In this document: in pieces, positions 28,609 through 37,038 of the stretch
How the letters are laid out: every line of letters starts with the position of its first letter
Position numbering within the stretch: the stretch's first letter is position 1
DNA from: Candidatus Cloacimonadales bacterium
Lineage (GTDB): Bacteria > Cloacimonadota > Cloacimonadia > Cloacimonadales > JAIOQZ01
DNA: 64,000 nt
Reading direction: 5' to 3'
NCBI GenBank assembly: GCA_963665815.1
Contig: OY762463.1
Location: 3,520,001 to 3,584,000, forward strand
Notes under the pieces: model-generated
Told to the model about the DNA's origin: nothing
Databases searched by the model: none
What the model saw: only the letters and a program-made list of their open reading frames with translations
Translations under genes and position numbers: made by a program

Positions 28609-30819
28609 CTAATATACGTGAACACCAAGGTGAATAGCATTCCAGCCGCATCTGTTATAGCATGTACCACAAGCATCACATGCTGCCGTATCAATTGTCT
28701 TATAGTTTCCTACATCCGATATTGCATCTTCAGGGCAGAACCTGAGACAGCTGTTACAATCAGCACATTGATTCGGGTTTATGATGTATACAATCTTACC
28801 GGAAACAATATTTGATATTGATCCGTAATTGTTGCTGTCATCTATTGCTTTGATAGCTATGTAATAACGAGTTCCGTTTGAAATTCCATTTACATCGCAG
28901 GTTTGAGTTGTTCCTGCCGCACCTGGTGCCGGAGAACTGGAAAACGGACTTGCATTATCCCAGTTTGCATCTGTTATAGGTGATTGAGAATATCGAATAT
29001 CATAGCTTGCTGCAGTTCCTATATCAGCATCATCTCCGGGGGCAGTCCATGTAACACGTAATCTCCCGTTCAATGCAGCGGATGCCACGATTTGGAGATC
29101 GGTAATGGCTGACGGAGGAGTATCATCGGCTGTTAACTGACCTGATACAATGTTGGATATTCCACTGTAGTTTCCAGCTTCATCAAAAGCTTTAATACCG
29201 AAATAATACAGTGTTCCAACTTCTATGTCAGTTATCTCAAAACTTTCTTGATTACCATTTGCCTGCGGAGTCAAACTGCAGCTGACAGGATCGGCAGAAT
29301 CCCAGTTGGTAGAGTTCAGTTCTGTTGTAGATTTTTTTATCTCATATCCTTCACTTGTTCCAGTGTTACCATCATCACCTGTTGAAGTCCATGTGAGTTC
29401 CATGGAAGCAGGGAGCAGGCTCAGTTGCAAGTCAGTAATATCTGCAGGAGCAAGAGTGTCTGCCACTGTATCCGTAGTGAAAGATACAATATTAGATAAT
29501 CCGGATATGTTATCGGAGTCATCAATTGATTTGATACCTATATAGTATTCAGTATCTGATGTAAGATTTGTAATAAGAAGACTTTCATCAGATCCTGATT
29601 GTGATGGAACATAGTTATGGGGAAACTCTGTCAGGGAATCCCAGTTTTGATCGGTAATATCAGCTTCACTGACTTTTATGATGTATTCCGTAGCTGTCCC
29701 TGTATCACCATTATCTCCCGGAGCAGTCCAGATTATTCTGGCACTGGAAGCTGTAACCAATTCTGTTGCGAGGTCACTGACAGTTGACGGTGGAGTTACA
29801 TCTCCTGTGATAGATGCAACAGCAATATTGGATAGTTCAGATTCATTATCAGACTCATCTACAGCTTTTATGGCAAATTCAAAGCTGATTCCTACTTCAA
29901 GATCATCAATAACGAGGTTTTCAGATATTCCAGCGGTTTGTGGTGAAATAGAATTATTATATTCCTCAGCCAGATCCCAGTCAAAGGGGCTTGTTTGGGA
30001 ATATTTAATAATGTAATGATCCGCTGTTCCTGTCATATCATCATCACCGACAGCAGACCAACTCAGTTCTATTGATTCTTCATTTGATACAGCAGCAAGA
30101 TCGGATATAGCTGCAGGTGCTGTTTCATCAGTGATCAGTCCTGCTATGATGGTAGATCTTTCAACTTCTGTATTTTTATTGCCTGCTTCATCTTCAACTT
30201 GAAGTCTAACGGTTAAAAGGTAATCTGAATTAAGACTGTCAACAACCCATTCGACATGGGTGCCGCCCTGATAATAAGCGTATTCTGCACATGGAATTTC
30301 AACTTCTTCCATATCATCATATTCATCGTCATCAACGTCATCAACGTCATCATCATTGGCCCTTGTATCGGTCATATCATCGAGGTAGGCTGACAGTTTA
30401 TATTTATATGCATAACCTGTCATTCCATCATCTCCCGGAGCAGTAAAAGATATAACTGCTTCGTATGGATTTTCTGAAACAACTTTGAAGTCATTGATAT
30501 CTGCCGGTGCATTAATATCTTTTGCTGTTGTAAAAGCAACTGTACCATCACGACCTTCACAGTCAGCGAAGAGATCAATACATTTCATGCAGCTAATACA
30601 TTTGTCTTTATCAATGTAATATGCTCCGTTTTCATCATCGAGAAGAATGGCATTCTCCGGACATTCAAACATCGTTGTACAATTACCACATTGAGTACAA
30701 TCGGAATATTCAATTCTTGGCTGATTGTTATTTCCGGTGTTTTTATTCACTTTATCAGCACAGAAAAACAGCAGGAATGATACAGCAAGAATTGCTATTA
30801 TCTTAATAGTTTTGATCAT
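28609..30819 (-). CDS. Lipoprotein: ferredoxin domain, five FN3-like repeats, ferredoxin domain
   Basis: LLFFC lipobox; CTQCGNC/CISCMKC; repeats D..P.AI.DL...(W/F)TAPGDDG..G.A..Y; CADCNSCLRFCP/CDACGTCYNRC. Confidence 0.85.
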   Translation of the reverse strand: MIKTIKIIAILAVSFLLFFCADKVNKNTGNNNQPRIEYSDCTQCGNCTTMFECPENAILLDDENGAYYIDKDKCISCMKCIDLFADCEGRDGTVAFTTAKDINAPADINDFKVVSENPYEAVISFTAPGDDGMTGYAYKYKLSAYLDDMTDTRANDDDVDDVDDDEYDDMEEVEIPCAEYAYYQGGTHVEWVVDSLNSDYLLTVRLQVEDEAGNKNTEVERSTIIAGLITDETAPAAISDLAAVSNEESIELSWSAVGDDDMTGTADHYIIKYSQTSPFDWDLAEEYNNSISPQTAGISENLVIDDLEVGISFEFAIKAVDESDNESELSNIAVASITGDVTPPSTVSDLATELVTASSARIIWTAPGDNGDTGTATEYIIKVSEADITDQNWDSLTEFPHNYVPSQSGSDESLLITNLTSDTEYYIGIKSIDDSDNISGLSNIVSFTTDTVADTLAPADITDLQLSLLPASMELTWTSTGDDGNTGTSEGYEIKKSTTELNSTNWDSADPVSCSLTPQANGNQESFEITDIEVGTLYYFGIKAFDEAGNYSGISNIVSGQLTADDTPPSAITDLQIVASAALNGRLRVTWTAPGDDADIGTAASYDIRYSQSPITDANWDNASPFSSSPAPGAAGTTQTCDVNGISNGTRYYIAIKAIDDSNNYGSISNIVSGKIVYIINPNQCADCNSCLRFCPEDAISDVGNYKTIDTAACDACGTCYNRCGWNAIHLGVHVY

Positions 30820-30831
30820 GAAATAACCTTA

Positions 30832-31542
30832 TTATTTATTTTCTTTTTTCTCAATAACTTTCACAGGACATGCTTTTTCACAAATTCCGCAATCAATGCA
30901 TTTTTCCTGGTCAATTACAGCTTTGCCTTTTTTCATTTCAATGGCACCAACAGGGCATTTTTTTACACAAATTTTACATCCAATACATTCTTTAGCATTT
31001 ACAGAATAGACAATCTTGTCTTTGGGATTTGCAACTTTTGCTTCAGCTTTATCAGCTTCCGGTGCATTCTGGCATGGATGGGTTCCACATGGTGTGTGTT
31101 GTGGTTTATGTGCATCTTTAACTGCTTTGTATTTTTCAGATCGTTTTTTTTGTTTTTCTGTTTCTTCATTGAAAGTTTTTACTTTTGGTTTAATTTTTTT
31201 TGCTTCCAGAAGTTTGTCTGTTGTAAATTCCTTAGATTTATGAGTCGTAACAGTTGCTTTGTCTTCAGTTATTTTTTTGAGGTCAACTGCTTCGGATTTT
31301 GCTTTTGATTTAACAATAGCATTTATGGGGCATTTATTAACACAAATTCCGCATCCAATACATTTATCTTTGTCTATAACAGCTTTCCCGTCTACCATTT
31401 TAATTGCATCAACAGGACAATCTTTTATGCAAAGTTTACATCCTATACAGTCATCTTTCTTCACTTCATATTTGGTTTTTACAGTTGCGAAAACTGCAAA
31501 TGTCAGTACTAACATTAAAGCAATGGTAAGTAGTTTCTTCAT
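30832..31542 (-). CDS. Exported tetra-[4Fe-4S] polyferredoxin with a Lys-rich linker
   Basis: AGGAG SD; MKKLL...VFA signal peptide; four CxxCxxCxxxCP motifs in two domains. Confidence 0.85.
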   Translation of the reverse strand: MKKLLTIALMLVLTFAVFATVKTKYEVKKDDCIGCKLCIKDCPVDAIKMVDGKAVIDKDKCIGCGICVNKCPINAIVKSKAKSEAVDLKKITEDKATVTTHKSKEFTTDKLLEAKKIKPKVKTFNEETEKQKKRSEKYKAVKDAHKPQHTPCGTHPCQNAPEADKAEAKVANPKDKIVYSVNAKECIGCKICVKKCPVGAIEMKKGKAVIDQEKCIDCGICEKACPVKVIEKKENK

Positions 31543-31640
31543 TTTTTTTATCTCCTGAAAAAATATATTATTTATGTTTGTCAAAAACAAGCATAATATT
31601 AAATAATGGCAAGTAAAAGTTAGAGTAAATGGAGTGCGAA

Positions 31641-32429
31641 ATGAAAAAGCATAAATCACGTTATATCATTCAGTTTTTGTTTCTTGCTGTCTCAATGTTT
31701 ATCAATGTACTAATGATCACTGAGAAGCTTGGAGTAGCTCATGAATTCTGCCCGTTTTCTGCTGTCTGTTTCGGGTTATTTGTTTTACATCCTGCAGTAA
31801 CAGACTGGATTTTCGGAGTTTCAATTACAGTTTCTATTATAATTATTTTATCTGCAATTCCTTTCAGAAGGGTTTTCTGTGGATATGTATGCCCAATAGG
31901 CACAATACAGGAATATGTGTTTGCTTTTTTCAAGTTTAATAAGAAATGTGGAAGAAGGATTCCGGAAAAAATGCATAAAGCATTGTTATGGTTGAAGTAT
32001 ATTGTACTTGCTGCAATTGTAGTCTTAGTTATCAATGGAATGCACAGGTTTTATGTAGATAAATGTCCTGTTTATTCTCTGGGGCATGTAACCGGAATTA
32101 CAATATCCGGAATTGCTGTATTACTTGTGATTTTTGTCGGCTCTTTCTTTATTGAGCGATTATGGTGCCGGTATCTTTGTCCATTGGCTGCGCTGCTTAA
32201 CATAATGCAGATCATAGGAAAAGTTTTACATATACCATCTTACAAGATAAAGAGGAACTTAGCTGACAGCTTTTGTTGTAGAGATTGCCCTGAATACTGT
32301 CCTATGGGAGTAAATTATAAAGACAAAGAAGTAGTTGAATCAGTAGAATGTATACAATGTAGATTTTGTCAAAGACAATGCTGTTTATCCGCAAAAGATT
32401 TATCGAAATGTATTCATAAGAATCCCTGA
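31641..32429 (+). CDS. NapH/MauN-like membrane 4Fe-4S protein
   Basis: TM helices; FCGYVCP and WCRYLCP motifs; C-terminal ferredoxin-like Cys clusters. Confidence 0.85.
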   Translation: MKKHKSRYIIQFLFLAVSMFINVLMITEKLGVAHEFCPFSAVCFGLFVLHPAVTDWIFGVSITVSIIIILSAIPFRRVFCGYVCPIGTIQEYVFAFFKFNKKCGRRIPEKMHKALLWLKYIVLAAIVVLVINGMHRFYVDKCPVYSLGHVTGITISGIAVLLVIFVGSFFIERLWCRYLCPLAALLNIMQIIGKVLHIPSYKIKRNLADSFCCRDCPEYCPMGVNYKDKEVVESVECIQCRFCQRQCCLSAKDLSKCIHKNP

Positions 32430-32462
32430 TGTAGATAGAACAACTTCCCTTATTTTCATAAC

Positions 32463-32491
32463 AAAGGCTGTTGATGTTTTCAACAGCCTTT
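32463..32491. terminator. Bidirectional terminator between convergent genes
   Basis: AAAGGCTGTTGA / TCAACAGCCTTT. Confidence 0.75.
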
Positions 32492-32509
32492 ACATAAAAA
32501 CGTTAGAAT

Positions 32510-33307
32510 TTATTTTGATTTCCTAAACTGCTTTTTTTCTTTGACTTCTTCATTTTTTCTGAATTCAGAAGATAGTTTTCTTAGTTTATCGTCCATTTTC
32601 AGACTCTGCCATTCTTTAAAGCCGCCTTCAAGAACAAAGATTTGCTTATCTTCAAATTTTGCAAGTCGTTCTGCAACAGTTGCAGCATTTTCAAATTCAT
32701 TTGCATATACGAAGAAAAACTGTTTTTTGCTGAGATTCTTCATGAAAGTTTCCTTTTTTTCAGACTTGACATCAAGATTAACAGCACCATAAATATGGTG
32801 TTCTTCGAAAATGTATTCCGGGCTTGCATCAATAATAATGCTGTTATTATAATGTTTTACAAGGATATCGAAAGCATTTTCCGAAGATACATACTGAATT
32901 TTGTTAACCGGCCGAGTGGGCTTTCTTTTTTTTCTTGGAGCTCCGGTTATGTGACCTTTCATAGTAACTATTTCATATTCATTGGCAGTGTTAGCATAGA
33001 TTTTAATTCTCTTGTTATGGCGTCCTGCCTGACGCTTAGGGTTAAAGTCCACTTTTACAAAGCCTTTCTTACCAGGCATAATCTTTCCAGTTGACCAACT
33101 GGTTGAGGAACATCCGCATCCAGACTGGATTTTGGATATTACTAACGGCTCATCCCCGGTATTAGTGAAGTTATACGTGTAGCTGAATGGACCGTCTACT
33201 TCTTTCCATTCCTTGAAATCATAGGTGTCAGTTTCGAAACTCATCACCGGTACTGAATTCAGGGCAGCAGAAAGAATCAACATCACAAGCAATAAATATC
33301 GCTTCAT
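32510..33307 (-). CDS. Exported DUF1573 (Ig-like) plus rhodanese-like protein
   Basis: Signal peptide; FTNTGDEPL.I....GCGC; IID.....F...HIYGAVNL and LEGGFKEW. Confidence 0.8.
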   Translation of the reverse strand: MKRYLLLVMLILSAALNSVPVMSFETDTYDFKEWKEVDGPFSYTYNFTNTGDEPLVISKIQSGCGCSSTSWSTGKIMPGKKGFVKVDFNPKRQAGRHNKRIKIYANTANEYEIVTMKGHITGAPRKKRKPTRPVNKIQYVSSENAFDILVKHYNNSIIIDASPEYIFEEHHIYGAVNLDVKSEKKETFMKNLSKKQFFFVYANEFENAATVAERLAKFEDKQIFVLEGGFKEWQSLKMDDKLRKLSSEFRKNEEVKEKKQFRKSK

Positions 33308-34941
33308 TCGATTACTCCCTTCATGCTGATTTGCATTGTTTTTCTGTTACCATCCTCATGAAAAAACATTGTTATTTCTTCAGAACCTGAAAGTTCAAAT
33401 TCGTCTGAATCCGGAAGAAATATAATTGATTTCTTCAAAATAGGTATCAAATTTATGTTATTATTGCAAAAGTTAAGTTTTTCGTAAAGTAATTTTCTGA
33501 TAGTTTTAGATTTCTCCTGTCCAAGAAGATCAGGATAATGAAGGTTTTTAGTTATAAGACACCAGTCCCATCGCAGATAATCCATACAAGTATGCCTTTG
33601 CTCAGGAAGGTATTCATCACACAAATCAAGCAGAAATTCGGCAACTGTCAGCCACCGATTGTTTGTAAGTCTGCAAGATAACTCAAAGTCCAGAAGAGTC
33701 TCGAAGAACAACATTGGACTGTCATATTTTCTGATAAGCCAGTTCAGAGTATTGCTGAATTTACCTGAATTATGCAGGATTTCCATCCAGACAGCAATTT
33801 TTTTAAATTTCCTGATCTCTGAATAACTCATCCAGTCTGTACTAAGAACTTCGTAAGGTGGTTCAACAGTATGAATAAGATTGTTATAGCAGGTGTTGAT
33901 TGTTGTACCTTGCAGAACTTTCAGAAAACCTATTTGTATATGATCTGCTCCTGTGTTAAACAAATCATTTAATGTGACTGATGCAGATTTATAATCCTGA
34001 TGAGGCAGTCCGGTGATCATGTCAATATGGGTGTGGATGTTTTTCAGTTGAATAAGCTTTAGCAGGTTTGACCTGATATCATTCCACTTCTGGAATCTTG
34101 ATACTGCATAATTGACGGCATCGTCAGTTGACTGTATCCCGATTTCAAATTGAAACTTGTTTTCCGGTACAGTGCTGAGGAACTCAATATCTTCATCAAT
34201 AACAAAAGCAGGATGAATCTCAAAATGAAATCCGGTATTAGTGGTTTTACTTAATATTGATTTCCATAATTGTAAACTGTAATTTCTGTCGCAGTTAAAT
34301 GAGCGATCTATGAATTTGATCAAATCCGGTTTGAATCCGAGAATATAATCAAGTTCTGCAGATACTTTCTTAATGCTTTTCCTGCTCAGTTTCATGTCTT
34401 CACGTGAAGAAAGACAATAAGAGCACTTGAAGATACATCCTCTGGATGCTTCATAATAGATAATTTTGTTTTCCAGGCATTTCAGATCAATATTTTTATA
34501 TGGGTTATCTGAGAGCTCAAAATTGTCTGCTTGTCCATATATTATTTTTCCTTTAACACTGAAATCTGATTCGGCGAGATTTATTATTGCCTTTTCTCCC
34601 GGTCCTGAAATGATATAATCTGCAATATCTGTGTATTCCTGCGGATTGTATGAGACTTCAGGTCCACCAAAAACTATCACGGACTCAGGCATAATCCTTT
34701 TGAGATTAATAGCTACCTGCTTAACCAGAGAAACATTCCAGATATATACAGAAAAACTGTAAACATCTGCTTTTCTGTCATAGAGGTTGTTCAGTAGTTC
34801 ATCTGCAGGTGTATTGATAGAATATTCAGAGATTTCAGATTCAATGTTGCAATTAGCAAGAGCCTGGTGTAGATAAAAAACTGCAGGATTAGAGTGTGAA
34901 TATCTTGCATTAAGGGATACAAACAGTATTGTCTTATTCAT
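33304..34941 (-). CDS. B12-binding-domain radical SAM protein (DUF4080 type)
   Basis: FSVYIWN, GGPEVS, YYEASRGCIFKCSYC, FEIGIQS. Confidence 0.88.
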   Translation of the reverse strand: MNKTILFVSLNARYSHSNPAVFYLHQALANCNIESEISEYSINTPADELLNNLYDRKADVYSFSVYIWNVSLVKQVAINLKRIMPESVIVFGGPEVSYNPQEYTDIADYIISGPGEKAIINLAESDFSVKGKIIYGQADNFELSDNPYKNIDLKCLENKIIYYEASRGCIFKCSYCLSSREDMKLSRKSIKKVSAELDYILGFKPDLIKFIDRSFNCDRNYSLQLWKSILSKTTNTGFHFEIHPAFVIDEDIEFLSTVPENKFQFEIGIQSTDDAVNYAVSRFQKWNDIRSNLLKLIQLKNIHTHIDMITGLPHQDYKSASVTLNDLFNTGADHIQIGFLKVLQGTTINTCYNNLIHTVEPPYEVLSTDWMSYSEIRKFKKIAVWMEILHNSGKFSNTLNWLIRKYDSPMLFFETLLDFELSCRLTNNRWLTVAEFLLDLCDEYLPEQRHTCMDYLRWDWCLITKNLHYPDLLGQEKSKTIRKLLYEKLNFCNNNINLIPILKKSIIFLPDSDEFELSGSEEITMFFHEDGNRKTMQISMKGVIE

Positions 34942-35668
34942 TTCCGAGTGATTTGACTCTCTCATATATAATGGTTTTAGCTTTTTCCAGATCTTCAGGG
35001 AAATCTATTTCAATACATGGAAGATCCTGACTTGGAACTGCTTTTAAAGTTGTTTCAGACAGCATCAGATTTACAGCATACTCAAAATAATTGTTACCAA
35101 GATTTTTATCAACGCATTCTGTCAGCCTGTTTTCCAGAAGCTTCAAGTCGTTTCTGGCAAATTTTGCGATACCTATGAATTCACCTGCACATTTTTCAGG
35201 TTCGATCTGCTTGCCTATAAAACTGATGTCCATATTTTTATCAATAACAAGTTTTACTTCCTCAGCTCCGCATTTTTTCTCTTCAAGGATAAATTCGGAT
35301 GTTTGAGAATTATTGAACAGATCAAGCATTTTTCCACCAAAGAATATGTCAGCATTAAAATATATGAAATCGTCTGTAAACAAATCTCTGCAAAGCCATA
35401 ATGAATAGAGTGTGTTGGTTGTTGCATAAATTGGATTTTCTACGAATGTAACCTGATCAGGCTTGAGAAGTTCCAGTATATGGGACTTAAGTACATCCAT
35501 CTGATAGCCGACAACAACAACAAAGTCATTGATCCCATATTCTAAACATGTTTGTATCTGATTATGGATAATGGATTTTTCACCGATTTTTATCATGCTT
35601 TTAGGTTGTTCTTTACCCTTTGTACCAAGTCTGCTTCCTCTACCGGCAGCAAGTATTACCGCTTTCAT
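34934..35668 (-). CDS. Phosphocholine cytidylyltransferase-family NTP transferase
   Basis: MKAVILAAGRGSRL, PKS, TNTLYSL, EIDFPEDL. Confidence 0.85.
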   Translation of the reverse strand: MKAVILAAGRGSRLGTKGKEQPKSMIKIGEKSIIHNQIQTCLEYGINDFVVVVGYQMDVLKSHILELLKPDQVTFVENPIYATTNTLYSLWLCRDLFTDDFIYFNADIFFGGKMLDLFNNSQTSEFILEEKKCGAEEVKLVIDKNMDISFIGKQIEPEKCAGEFIGIAKFARNDLKLLENRLTECVDKNLGNNYFEYAVNLMLSETTLKAVPSQDLPCIEIDFPEDLEKAKTIIYERVKSLGNE

Positions 35669-35711
35669 TTAATCTCCTCTCAGTTTTTGTAACATTAAAA
35701 CAAAATGACAA

Positions 35712-36854
35712 TTATTGTACATGTATTTTTTTATCGGCAGGAAGCATAAAAACAAAAGCAATAATTGCACTGAAGAAAACAGCCGCTATAATAAATGAGT
35801 AGATCATGCTGATTCCACCTACAATTCCCATTGCCGGAGAAATAGTAATGTTACCAATCGTGACTACTGCAAAAAGCAATCCGTTAAACATACCATACTC
35901 TTTCTTTTTTATGTGATTCAGGGCGTATCTTTGTGTTGTCGGAAAAATTGGAGCAAATCCCATAGCTATTAAAGCAAAAGCAGCAACTGATCCTGTGAAA
36001 AGCAGCAGTATTATTGCAGAAACAGTTATTGTTACAGCTAAAGTGATAAGAGTTCTGTAGCTGAAAAGCTTTTCAAGATATGAGTTAATCATTCGGGTAG
36101 CAGTAAATACTATTCCAAAAATACTCAGGTTAAACGCACTTTGGGCTTTTGTACTTGCAAAAACATCTACAAACAGATTACTGCTCCAGAGCATAATACC
36201 CATTTCACATCCGCAGTATAATATGAGAATAATAAACGCGAGGAAAATGTATCTGTTTTTCAGTATTTTCACCGAATCAGAAAAAGATGCTTTGTCGCCA
36301 GTGTCATAGTCCTCATCTTTTATGATAATATCTTTTATGAATGTGATAAGAATCAATATTCCCAGGATTGCAAAAAAGTAGACATGCGTTATTTGCTTCT
36401 TTATAAGAAATCCAATAATCGCAGGTGTAATAATTGTACCCATGCCAAAAAATGAATGATATAACCCGAAATTCCGATACTTTTCCGGAAGATGACTAAG
36501 GTCTGTTGAGCTTGAGACAAATCCTACGGCACAAGTAAGCCCGAAAAAGAAAACAGCAACGTATAGCTGTATCAGATTAACGGATGTTACTGTAATAAGT
36601 ATTGTTACAAGATAAGTAATATGCGAAAGATACTTGAATTTTCTGTTCCCAATGTGTGAAATAACAAAAGCACTTACACTGTTGCCAACGAAAGAACCGA
36701 CTGTTATGAGTACCGAAAATATTGATGCTGTGGCTACTGACAGACCATAAGTATCCTGAAAAGGCTTATTCAAAGGTGACAAACAGCTTGCTATCATTGA
36801 TACAAGCAGCATTTGCCAGAAGATACTGATCTGTGTTCTGATATATCTATTCAT
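35712..36854 (-). CDS. MFS transporter
   Basis: About 12 hydrophobic helices; H.FFG.G, Y.G.E, APIFPT motifs. Confidence 0.85.
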   Translation of the reverse strand: MNRYIRTQISIFWQMLLVSMIASCLSPLNKPFQDTYGLSVATASIFSVLITVGSFVGNSVSAFVISHIGNRKFKYLSHITYLVTILITVTSVNLIQLYVAVFFFGLTCAVGFVSSSTDLSHLPEKYRNFGLYHSFFGMGTIITPAIIGFLIKKQITHVYFFAILGILILITFIKDIIIKDEDYDTGDKASFSDSVKILKNRYIFLAFIILILYCGCEMGIMLWSSNLFVDVFASTKAQSAFNLSIFGIVFTATRMINSYLEKLFSYRTLITLAVTITVSAIILLLFTGSVAAFALIAMGFAPIFPTTQRYALNHIKKKEYGMFNGLLFAVVTIGNITISPAMGIVGGISMIYSFIIAAVFFSAIIAFVFMLPADKKIHVQ

Positions 36855-36982
36855 GTTTTTGTCCTGAAATATTATGATGGCATTTTTCGTGGAGATGATA
36901 TCAGGTCAATATTTATTAAGATCATTGCATAGTAGAAACAAAACTCAGTCTGATTCTTTAGTTTTGAAGTATTAATTGAAAT

Positions 36983-37018
36983 AAAAGAACCTCAGACATT
37001 TATTGTATCTGAGGTTCT
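36983..37018 (-). terminator. Terminator after the chemoreceptor gene
   Basis: AGAACCTCAGA / TCTGAGGTTCT stem, U run on the minus strand. Confidence 0.7.
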
Positions 37019-37038
37019 GAAAGGTTATATATTTTTGA

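Noticed and set aside
30325..30357. 9-bp tandem repeat encoding DDDVDDVDDD
   Set aside because: Short low-complexity acidic loop, in frame; no sign of phase variation
31543..31659. 40-aa N-terminal extension of the polyferredoxin overlapping the NapH-like gene
   Set aside because: AGGAG SD and signal peptide point to a start at 31542
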